A stretch of 64,000 nt of DNA from a virus. Lineage: Duplodnaviria > Caudoviricetes. Each line of letters begins with the position of its first letter. The stretch's first letter is position 1. The stretch covers positions 64,001 through 128,000 of the IMG/VR virus record IMGVR_UViG_3300025784_000006. One strand, 5' to 3'. The position numbers and the translations under genes were made by a program. Below are positions 46,856 to 54,913 of the stretch, one piece after another. The notes under the pieces are model-generated. The model was not told where the DNA came from. It did not search any database and saw only the letters and a list, made by a program, of their open reading frames with translations.

Positions 46856-48010
46856 CTACCCGCTCGCGCGGTTGACCAAACTCGCCAGGCCGGCGAGGCC
46901 GTCCAGATCAGATTCCTGGGCGAGGTTCTCCTCCGCCACGAAGGGTGCGGTCACGACGGGCTTCCGCTTGGCTCGTAGTTCCGCGAGCTGCACCTGCCGA
47001 GGCTCACAGATTGACTCGTAGTCACAGATCCGACACTGCCCCCCCACCCTGGCCGGAAAGTCGTCGGCCACCACCGCGGCCTGCGTATCTGGGGGCATGG
47101 GGAGCGGAGACTTCCGCTCGATCCGTAGCATCTCGTCCGCGAACCGGATAGCCCGCGCGGCGATCTGTTCGACCCGCTCCTGGTCGCAGTCGTACCACAC
47201 GATCCCCTTGGATGGACCCCGGGCCTCATAGGCCGCGAGCGCGCGCTTGCGACTATCTGTCGCGTCAGGAGCTCGAACTACGTCACGCAGGAACCCCACC
47301 TCTGCCTCCCAGTCGTAACCCGCAGGGTAGCGGTAAGGGACGACCCCGAGGCGCTTGGGCACCTGCCCATAGACTAGGGAGACTGCGAGTGCGTAGAACA
47401 CGAGCTGGTCAACGTCGACGTGCATACGGAACGCGCGCGCGTCATCGTCCCAATACTCCCGCCCGTTCTTCCCGTCCAGCACGAACGGACCCGTCTCGGT
47501 GCTCTGAACAAGGTATAGGTCCAGCCGGCCGCTCACCACGACCTCGGGGTCCACGCGGAGCCGGCCAGCCAGCTTGTGCTCCGGCAGCGCGACGTCCCCG
47601 TAGAGCTTGTTCGCATGACAGGTCGCCACGAACCCCTGCGCGGACCGGATGACGTCAGCGCGCAGGGCCGCTAGGTCGGCTCGCGGGGCGAGCCGGAAGT
47701 TCGGCTTCCGCCCCTGCTTAGGAGGTTCGGACGCCTTCCGAACTTCCTTGTCAAACTCATCGTTGGCGACCATCCGCAGGATCTGACGAGCGTCGTCCTC
47801 GTCCCGCTCCCACCCTCGCATGTTGTAGAAGACCTCAACGGCCTTCTGCACCACCGTACCAACAAGCGCGTGCTCGTCGGTCTTTCCCTCAGGAAAGGGC
47901 TTCTGCCTACCCTCTCCACCTCCAACGTCGATACCAGGGAATCCACGCCGCCACAGGTACTGTCGCGGACACTCCTCCCAGGACGACATGCTGGGCCAGT
48001 AGACGATCAT
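46856..48010 (-). CDS. PD-(D/E)xK RecB/AddB-family nuclease
   Basis: S..SWEECPRQY, GTVVQ, GRLDL, VLDGKNG, QLVFYA, C..CDY...C. Confidence 0.85.
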   Translation of the reverse strand: MIVYWPSMSSWEECPRQYLWRRGFPGIDVGGGEGRQKPFPEGKTDEHALVGTVVQKAVEVFYNMRGWERDEDDARQILRMVANDEFDKEVRKASEPPKQGRKPNFRLAPRADLAALRADVIRSAQGFVATCHANKLYGDVALPEHKLAGRLRVDPEVVVSGRLDLYLVQSTETGPFVLDGKNGREYWDDDARAFRMHVDVDQLVFYALAVSLVYGQVPKRLGVVPYRYPAGYDWEAEVGFLRDVVRAPDATDSRKRALAAYEARGPSKGIVWYDCDQERVEQIAARAIRFADEMLRIERKSPLPMPPDTQAAVVADDFPARVGGQCRICDYESICEPRQVQLAELRAKRKPVVTAPFVAEENLAQESDLDGLAGLASLVNRASG

Positions 48011-48996
48011 GATTGCATCCTCGCGCTCTCGGAGCGCCTGAATACGTCGAGTACCCGCTCGCGCGCCTCTGGCGACACGTTGGGGAGCGCACGCACCAGG
48101 GCGTCCAGCGTCTGGTCCCTCCCCTCCTCTGCCACCGCGGTCGCCACCTGCGCGAGACACGCGACGTCGACCGTGGGTCGATCAGCGACCTCCTCCCGGT
48201 CCTTGAACACCTCCGCAGGAGACCGGACGTCGATCGCGATGGTGCGCACAGTAGCGGGCTGTCCGCGCAGCAGGTGCAGGTCTGCAACCTGCGGAATGCG
48301 CTGCACGTCGTCCTCCGCGAGGGTCCCCCGCGTAAGGGACCCGATGTTGACGACCCACTGGCCCGGCGCGAACTCACGCACCCCCTGATCCTTGTGCCAG
48401 TGCCCCACACACACGACGCTTGCCGACGGGAATAGGGAAGGGAAAAGCCCGTAAGGCAGGACGTCCTCCCCAGGGAAGAAGGCCAGGCTCGGGTCCGCCG
48501 ACGCGAGCTGGTGGAGCATCACCACCAGGTGATCTTCCGGTCCCGGGGGGACGTAGAGGGAGGCGGGGTCGAAGCGAGCTCCCTGATACGGACGACCCAC
48601 CACCCGAACCGTGGTGCCATCAGGGTTGGTGAGCACGGCCTCATGCGGCCCGTAGCAGGGACGAAAGATCCCGCTCTCGAAGCAGACGGCGAGCGGACTC
48701 TCATCCAGGTGAGCAAGTGAGCCGTACCGGACGTCATGGTTCCCGATGTTCGCGTAGACCGGACAGGGATAGCTGCGGTGGACCTTGGCGGTCCTCCGCA
48801 CGAGGTCGTGCGAGTTGTTGTCGGGGTTCTTCTCGTCGAAGAAGTCACCGCCGTCGAGGACGGCGGTAGCCTTGATGTCGCGGGCGATCTCGCCCACCTG
48901 GCAGAGCTTGTCGGTGACCGTCTCCGTCCAGTCGTCCGAGCGTCCCCGAGGTGCTCGGTCGCGCATGTGGACGTCTGTTCTCCAGAGAAGGTGCAT
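48007..48996 (-). CDS. sbcD: SbcD/Mre11-like metallophosphoesterase nuclease
   Basis: DVH, GGDFFD, GNHD, LHQ, GHWH, NIGSLTR. Confidence 0.85.
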   Translation of the reverse strand: MHLLWRTDVHMRDRAPRGRSDDWTETVTDKLCQVGEIARDIKATAVLDGGDFFDEKNPDNNSHDLVRRTAKVHRSYPCPVYANIGNHDVRYGSLAHLDESPLAVCFESGIFRPCYGPHEAVLTNPDGTTVRVVGRPYQGARFDPASLYVPPGPEDHLVVMLHQLASADPSLAFFPGEDVLPYGLFPSLFPSASVVCVGHWHKDQGVREFAPGQWVVNIGSLTRGTLAEDDVQRIPQVADLHLLRGQPATVRTIAIDVRSPAEVFKDREEVADRPTVDVACLAQVATAVAEEGRDQTLDALVRALPNVSPEARERVLDVFRRSESARMQS

Positions 48997-49003
48997 CGAG
49001 GAG

Positions 49004-49009
49004 ATTATA
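49004..49009 (-). promoter_or_regulatory. TATAAT -10 box 7 nt before the sbcD ATG (leaderless-type)
   Basis: GGGG-TATAAT-CTCCTCG-ATG, with no SD. Confidence 0.6.
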
Positions 49010-49060
49010 CCCCTCGGTCTGACACCCCCTCGAAGGAAGACGACCCAGAGCGAATCTACT

Positions 49061-49393
49061 TCATGGCCTCAACCTCTCGCAGGCACGCAGCACTCCAGCA
49101 CGGCACGCCATCTGGTAGTAGCTCGTGATGCGGGAGGTCTCGCGCGCACGTGCGACCCCTCGCTCAAGCAGGTGCGCAGCGTGGTAGCAGGCCATCGCTT
49201 CCTGGTCCCTCGTGCAGGCAGGCGTCACCTTGACGGTGAGAATCACGCAGCTTACCGTGCCACCAGCATCGCAGGCATTATGTAGACGATTCCACTCACG
49301 CTCGCGCTGGACCCGTTGTAGGACTGGGCTCACGAGCGCAATCAGGACGATGAGGGTCCCCAGGACCCCCAGCAGCTTGGCGGTCGACCTCAT
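49061..49393 (-). CDS. Membrane-anchored Sel1-like repeat protein
   Basis: N-terminal TM helix; ACDAGG..SC, AC......ACY, YYQMACRAG...AC. Confidence 0.65.
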   Translation of the reverse strand: MRSTAKLLGVLGTLIVLIALVSPVLQRVQREREWNRLHNACDAGGTVSCVILTVKVTPACTRDQEAMACYHAAHLLERGVARARETSRITSYYQMACRAGVLRACERLRP

Positions 49394-49860
49394 GCGACCC
49401 TCCTTGGAGGGCGAAGTAGGGCAGGGGGGCCGGAGTTCCCCGGAGCGAGGACCCAGTAGTAGACGGTCTCGATCCCGGCCAGGCCAATCGCAGTGTAGAC
49501 GTTAGGGAGGAGGTCGAGGTGACCTCGGTACCGCTCCCCTGGAGGAAGGCGCTTGGTGCGCATGTGCCAAACCCCCTTGCGGTTCAACGTCCCCCACGGC
49601 CCTCTGTCGACCACGTAGGCGACCGTACATCGACCCGTTCTGGCCAGGCAGACCCCAACGCGGGTTCCACAGGGAAGGGTACGGTGTGCGACGCCACTGT
49701 CGCGCATCTTCTCCCACTCGCGGGAACCATACTTCGTCTGAAGTCGATCCTTGCAGGCGAAGGTGCCCACGTTGTCGTAGCGGTCCCCAACGAATCCGTA
49801 CTGGGAAGCGTTACCGACCTGTGCCCCCATCAACAGCATAATGGCAAGTAGTAGGGTCAT
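49390..49860 (-). CDS. RlpA-like (double-psi beta-barrel) lytic transglycosylase
   Basis: Signal-like N-terminus; GNASQYG, AHRTLPCGTRV, VVDRGP, LDL. Confidence 0.82.
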   Translation of the reverse strand: MTLLLAIMLLMGAQVGNASQYGFVGDRYDNVGTFACKDRLQTKYGSREWEKMRDSGVAHRTLPCGTRVGVCLARTGRCTVAYVVDRGPWGTLNRKGVWHMRTKRLPPGERYRGHLDLLPNVYTAIGLAGIETVYYWVLAPGNSGPPALLRPPRRVA

Positions 49861-51067
49861 GAGAGTGTGTCTCCGGTCGCCGCTCGTTCGGAGCTGTAGA
49901 CCCGCAGAACGGGCAAGCTCCCACGTCATTGACCACCTCGTCTCGACACCGTGTCGCAAGGGTGAGTGCGGCACGACTCTCCTCCACGTCACGACGAGCG
50001 TCTCGCAGGCGCTCGCCCGCATTCCTCAGGTGGTCCCTCGTGGATCGAAGAACGCGCAGACGGTCGAGGGAGGACCGAAGGACCTGCGCGTCAGGTAGCG
50101 TGATCTTCTGGAGGACCTTCTGGGCCTCTCGCTTGGCGCTAAGGTGCTGGATGTGGTCCCGAGCGCGCAGGACGGCCGCATGACGCTGAACCCTGTCGCG
50201 CAGCCCCTCCCCTTCTGGGAGTCGCAGGGCAGTGATGACCTTCAGCGCCTCGCACTGCCTGGCAGATCTTCCCAGGCGATCTCGCGCGGCGCGCAGGTGG
50301 TCGAGACGCGCCACGAGCTCCCGCAACAGGTCTCCATGCGGAAGCCTCAAGTCTCGCACCCCCGCCAGCCGCCTTGCGCGGGCCGCTAGGGCGGTGATCT
50401 GGTCGCGCAGGCCCTGGAGGCGCTCCACCTCCTGAAGACGGGCCTCTACGCGTGCGAGGTGCCCTGGGACATGCGTGGCCTCCTCCGCGCTCGACTCTGC
50501 TGGGCTGAGGTAGGCCAACCAACCTCGCGCGTTTCGCAGCGCTTCCTGGGCCGTAGACAACCGACCCCGCACGCTACGACGGTCCGACTCAAGGAGTCGA
50601 GCGGCCTGCGCGAGGAGCTCCGCCCGTCCGGGGTCGCATACCGCCTCCGCGAGGTAGGCTCCCGTGCGATCCACCAGGAAGGCGGACTCACCCTGGCGCG
50701 CGAACTGCGGCCACACCGCTTCCCCTCCCACCTCCACAGACCGAATCCCCGCCTCACGCACCTGGGGAGGAACCTCGCGTCCAGGGTACAAGGTTGCCCC
50801 TCCAACACGATACATGGGACGACCCTTGGACCCCCCGTCCCTCCCCCACGTGAAGCGGGAGTCCCCGAGGTCGACTTCGACCTCCATCTGGGGAGCGCCA
50901 CGACGAACCAGGTGGGCGGACGGGGTGTTCTGGAAGCTGGCGCGAATCGCGCGAGCGAGGGCGGACTTGCCCCCGTTGTTGGGGCCGGCGACTGCCGTAA
51001 GGCCGGAGACTTCGACCTCTGCGTCCTCGTAGGCTTGGAAGTTCTTGAGGCGGAATCGGACGGGCAT
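49811..51067 (-). CDS. SbcC/Rad50-like ATPase, N-terminal half ending at the zinc hook
   Basis: LKNFQAY, Walker A GPNNGGKS, Q-loop ARQGE, coiled coil, CPFCG near the C-terminus; no Walker B. Confidence 0.85.
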   Translation of the reverse strand: MPVRFRLKNFQAYEDAEVEVSGLTAVAGPNNGGKSALARAIRASFQNTPSAHLVRRGAPQMEVEVDLGDSRFTWGRDGGSKGRPMYRVGGATLYPGREVPPQVREAGIRSVEVGGEAVWPQFARQGESAFLVDRTGAYLAEAVCDPGRAELLAQAARLLESDRRSVRGRLSTAQEALRNARGWLAYLSPAESSAEEATHVPGHLARVEARLQEVERLQGLRDQITALAARARRLAGVRDLRLPHGDLLRELVARLDHLRAARDRLGRSARQCEALKVITALRLPEGEGLRDRVQRHAAVLRARDHIQHLSAKREAQKVLQKITLPDAQVLRSSLDRLRVLRSTRDHLRNAGERLRDARRDVEESRAALTLATRCRDEVVNDVGACPFCGSTAPNERRPETHSHDPTTCHYAVDGGTGR

Positions 51068-51102
51068 CTTAACCTAAGCTACCCGAACCCTCTGACAGAG
51101 AC

Positions 51103-52398
51103 CTAGTCGAGGTTGCGGATCGTCTCGGCGAGATCCTCCTCAGACCCCTCCTCAGCAGCCTCCGCGTCACTTTCGGCCATCTTGACCTCGGTCTGGATGA
51201 GCCCACGAGCCTCCGCCGAGAAGGCGGCCTCGTAGCCCTTACCTCGAATCTCGGAGAAGAACGCCTTCTTGCCCTGGCCCTTGACCACCGTCCCATCTGG
51301 GGAAACCCAGTCGTAGAAGGCCCCGTTCTGTCGAATGCGCTTGTTGCGCAGCAGCATGTCGAAGGCCGACCGGATGTTGTCGACCCCGATCCCGAAGCTG
51401 ATCATGAAGCTCGCCTTGCGGCCCTGGCTCGACCCGATCTTCGTCTTGTCGATCTTCGCCTCGATCTCGGTCGACACGGTCATGTTCTCCGAGATCCCCT
51501 TGAGGGGGTTGAAGCGCGCCTCCTCTTCCACGCGGATCTTCTTGAACCGAATGCGGAGGCTCGACACGTACTTCCACACCATGCCGCCCTGAATGGTGTC
51601 GGCGGGTCCCATACCACCCGCGTTGATGCTGCTGCGAAGCTGCGAGATCGCGATGAGCAACGTCTTGGCGTTGTAGAGCTCCGCCGATAGCTGCGGAAGC
51701 TCTCGCGACCACGCACGCGCCACGATGCCTGGCTGCCCGGCACTACCATCGCGGTCAGCGAGGGCACGGTCGTGCTCGATTGTCGGGACGGCGAACCCGA
51801 CCGAGTCGAACACCATCACGGGCACCTTGAAGCTGGCGAACACGTACGCGATCTGGATCCCGTCCTCCAGGGTGTTCGGCTGGTAGAGACGGAACAGGGA
51901 CTCGTCGTCGATCGGCACCCCGAGGCGACGCGCGTAGTCGGGAACGATGGCGTGCTCCCAGTCAATGTAGACTGAAGGCCAGCCCCTGCGGGCCGCCTCC
52001 GCGCACGCCATGAGGGCGAACGTCGTCTTGCCACACGACTCCGGGCCGTAGATCTGCACGACGCGCCCGAGCGGCCAGCCGGGACACGGGGGCACCCCGA
52101 GGTCGTTCGGCTCCCCGCCAATGAGGTAGTCGAGGATGAAGCTGCCCGTCGAGATGTGCGGGAGCGACTCCCTCATCTCTCGGGATGAGATCGGCACGTA
52201 GGGAGCCGGCTTCTTCGCCTTGGCGAAGACGCTATCGACCATCTTACCGGCCGCCGCGAACCCGCTCGCGAAGGCAGGGTCCCGCTTGACGGGGGACTTT
52301 GCCTTGGGCTTGGGTGGCGCATGGGTCTTGATCGCGGCCTCTGGCTCCTCGGCAAGGGTCTCGTCGCTATCCTTCTCCCGTTCCTTCTTCTTCGTCAT
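51103..52398 (-). CDS. recA: RecA recombinase
   Basis: ISTGS..LD, GRVVQIYGPESCGKTT, IDWEHA, FDSV, ISQLR, GGMVWKY.SSLRI. Confidence 0.93.
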   Translation of the reverse strand: MTKKKEREKDSDETLAEEPEAAIKTHAPPKPKAKSPVKRDPAFASGFAAAGKMVDSVFAKAKKPAPYVPISSREMRESLPHISTGSFILDYLIGGEPNDLGVPPCPGWPLGRVVQIYGPESCGKTTFALMACAEAARRGWPSVYIDWEHAIVPDYARRLGVPIDDESLFRLYQPNTLEDGIQIAYVFASFKVPVMVFDSVGFAVPTIEHDRALADRDGSAGQPGIVARAWSRELPQLSAELYNAKTLLIAISQLRSSINAGGMGPADTIQGGMVWKYVSSLRIRFKKIRVEEEARFNPLKGISENMTVSTEIEAKIDKTKIGSSQGRKASFMISFGIGVDNIRSAFDMLLRNKRIRQNGAFYDWVSPDGTVVKGQGKKAFFSEIRGKGYEAAFSAEARGLIQTEVKMAESDAEAAEEGSEEDLAETIRNLD

Positions 52399-53035
52399 GG
52401 TCTCCCCACAGGAAGAAGCGCTTGTCCTCCTTGTGGAGAGCGCCCTTCCGCTCGATGGTTCCGGCGAGCGCACCCTTCTTGCGCACTCGCACATCGGTAA
52501 ACTGCTCACGCTCCAGCGTGGTGAGGTCTTGCTCTGCTACCTCACCACGCTGGAGCAACCAGAATCGACAGCCTGTGCGCGCGGCCCACCAGGCGTCTGC
52601 CTGGTGTTCACTCCAGCCGCGCTTCTGCCCCGTGTCTCGCTTGGCGGCCTCCACCATGTCAGCCTTCGTCATCGACCACTTGGGTGGACGCCGAAGGAAG
52701 GCCCGTGCCTGCGCCTTGAGGTGCAGGGGCGACCATAACACGAGGGGGCACCGCTCCTGCCGTAGAGCCTCGCACATGTACAAGAAGACCCCGTACATCC
52801 CCTCCGAGTACGTCTCCCCGAATACCGAGTACTCGGCGGACACGAGGAGGTCCGGGTGCGCACGTACCAACACCCGGAGGCGCTCTCGCAGGTCCACGTA
52901 GCGGTCTACGAACAACGTCGATGACGACGTGCGTAGCTCTCCGCGATCGAGACAGGTGGGGACTCGTCCCGCCTCACACTCCGCTAGTGCCCAGCCGAAG
53001 TGGGTGAGGCTGGGATCGAGACCCAGGACCCTCAT
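52367..53035 (-). CDS. ruvC: RuvC-like Holliday junction resolvase
   Basis: MRVLGLDPSLTHFGW, AEY, KADM, HQADA. Confidence 0.85.
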   Translation of the reverse strand: MRVLGLDPSLTHFGWALAECEAGRVPTCLDRGELRTSSSTLFVDRYVDLRERLRVLVRAHPDLLVSAEYSVFGETYSEGMYGVFLYMCEALRQERCPLVLWSPLHLKAQARAFLRRPPKWSMTKADMVEAAKRDTGQKRGWSEHQADAWWAARTGCRFWLLQRGEVAEQDLTTLEREQFTDVRVRKKGALAGTIERKGALHKEDKRFFLWGDHDEEEGTGEG

Positions 53036-53039
53036 CGAG

Positions 53040-53822
53040 CTACTTGAGGCTGCCGATGAGGTTGTCGATCTCCTCCGAGGAGGGAACCGCACCCGCTGCC
53101 GCCGCCGCCGCACCCGCCGCGCCACCACGGCCGCCCGCCGCCGCGCCGCGGATCTTGGCGTCGACCTCAGCAGCGGTGAGCTTGTGGGCGATCTCGCCGT
53201 TGTTCAGCTTCTGGGCGAGCCGCTTGATCCGGTCGAGCATCCCACCCACGATGCGAGCCGCCGCCCCGCCCGGCTCCGAAGCCGCCTTGGTCACGAGCTG
53301 CTCGAACATGTTGCCCTTGGTGTTCCGCACGGTGATCTTCTGGAAGTTGGTGTCCGTGCAGGTCACCATGAGGTCGTTGTCCCCGAGGGGGAACTCGTCC
53401 TGAAGGGCCTTGATGTTGGCGTACTTGTCCTTGTCGAGCAGGACGTACCCGACCTTGGAGTCGGTCTCAATACGGGACGGATCGAGCTTGCCCTTCTGGT
53501 CGGTCGGCCACTGGATGACGATCGTCGCCGCGCTGTGACGCGCCTTGTCGGTACCGGACAGGAACCGACGGTGCGTGTCGTCGTACACGACGTACTGCTT
53601 GATGTGGCTGTTCCAGTAGCGCTCCGCCTGCCACCAGCGAGGAGGCTGCTTGAAGTCGGGGCGCTTCTCAGGCGTCGGGGGGAAGATGACGAACGAGAGC
53701 CGGTAGCTGCGTCCTGACTCGAACTTGATCCGGTCGCCCGAGGCGTCAAGGTCGCGGTCGCCCTGGTCGAAGGTGATCGTGTTCTCGATGGGAACTTCAT
53801 ACGTGAGGCTGAGGTCAGACAT
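53040..53822 (-). CDS. Putative single-stranded DNA-binding protein (gp32-like)
   Basis: Position in the recombination cluster; OB-like DLMVTCTDTNFQKITV; flexible tail ending EEIDNLIGSLK. Inference. Confidence 0.5.
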   Translation of the reverse strand: MSDLSLTYEVPIENTITFDQGDRDLDASGDRIKFESGRSYRLSFVIFPPTPEKRPDFKQPPRWWQAERYWNSHIKQYVVYDDTHRRFLSGTDKARHSAATIVIQWPTDQKGKLDPSRIETDSKVGYVLLDKDKYANIKALQDEFPLGDNDLMVTCTDTNFQKITVRNTKGNMFEQLVTKAASEPGGAAARIVGGMLDRIKRLAQKLNNGEIAHKLTAAEVDAKIRGAAAGGRGGAAGAAAAAAGAVPSSEEIDNLIGSLK

Positions 53823-53951
53823 GGGGTCTCCTGGCCCGCTCGGGTCGCAGTGAAGGGTTTATGTCACTGAGACGAGGTTCGGTGCGCCCGAAAGCGGTGC
53901 AGAAGACCCTACCCGCGGGGTGAGCGGTTGAGACGACCCTTGTCGTCGACC

Positions 53952-54593
53952 CTAGTAGTTAGGGTCCGCTGGGTCAGCGAGGTTTCCAGAGGGGGGTGGA
54001 AGGGGATACCGAGAGGCGTGAGAACCAGTCCCCCCAGTACCTGATGGAGTGCTGTCGGTCAGGTCCCGGAGCTGCGCGCGTAGGTGGATCCTCAGGTCCT
54101 TGAGGTGCGCGAGCTTGGCGGTGGCGATCTGAAGGATCGTCTCGGCCTCCGTACGGTCCCCGTCCGCCTCCCGCACCATGAGGTGCTCGGCCTGGAGCTT
54201 GATCGACGCGAGCGCGTTTCGATCCGCGATGTTGCGCCCGTTCTTTACTTCCGGGTCGTTAGACACGAGGAGGTCTGTCGCGAGCTTGAGGCCAAGCTGG
54301 AGGTCTCGGTGCCGACTGCGCGCGTGCTGGACCCGCACGCGGGTCGCGCTGACCATCGCGAGACACGAGGAGAGGAACGCCTCGACCTGCGCGATCTTCC
54401 TGCGCAGCACAGGAGCCCCTCCGCTCACTGCGGGGTCCGGGTCGAGGTCTACCGTCATGCCGTCGAGGTCCTTGACGATCTTCTCCGTGGCTTCCCGGTC
54501 CGCCTTAATAGGCGCTGGCGTAGCCTTAGCGAACAGCGCCTGGGCCTTGTCGAGAGGAGTCTCTGGAGCGGGAAGAGTCGTGTCGTCAGACAT
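53952..54593 (-). CDS. Hypothetical coiled-coil protein
   Basis: Helical ORF in the recombination cluster. Confidence 0.65.
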   Translation of the reverse strand: MSDDTTLPAPETPLDKAQALFAKATPAPIKADREATEKIVKDLDGMTVDLDPDPAVSGGAPVLRRKIAQVEAFLSSCLAMVSATRVRVQHARSRHRDLQLGLKLATDLLVSNDPEVKNGRNIADRNALASIKLQAEHLMVREADGDRTEAETILQIATAKLAHLKDLRIHLRAQLRDLTDSTPSGTGGTGSHASRYPLPPPSGNLADPADPNY

Positions 54594-54604
54594 GAGGGTC
54601 CCCG

Positions 54605-54913
54605 CTAGGTGCTCTGCGCCGCCCGATTCTGGCGTCGGCGTCCCATGTAAGCTCGGTACAACTCCGTGAGACCCTTGAGACCCGCGGTCAACAGGTCTGG
54701 GGGCATCGTGCGAGAGACGAATCCTCGCTCAAGGATGACCTTGTCTAGCTCGTGCCCTACCTCCATGAGAGCCTCGCAACCCTCCTCGATGGTGAGCCCC
54801 GTGTCTTCCTTCGTCCCACACGACAGACTGACGAAGTGCCCATCGACGGTACGACTGGCCGTTACCTTGTGTACAACAAGACGTGACTTCACGTCGCTGC
54901 TTGGTTGACTCAT
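54605..54913 (-). CDS. Hypothetical protein
   Basis: ATGA overlap with the recD2 stop; GGAGG SD. Confidence 0.65.
   Translation of the reverse strand: MSQPSSDVKSRLVVHKVTASRTVDGHFVSLSCGTKEDTGLTIEEGCEALMEVGHELDKVILERGFVSRTMPPDLLTAGLKGLTELYRAYMGRRRQNRAAQST

Noticed and set aside
46856-48010. Cas4 as evidence of a CRISPR system
   Set aside because: A RecB-family nuclease in a recombination cluster with no cas1/cas2 or array.
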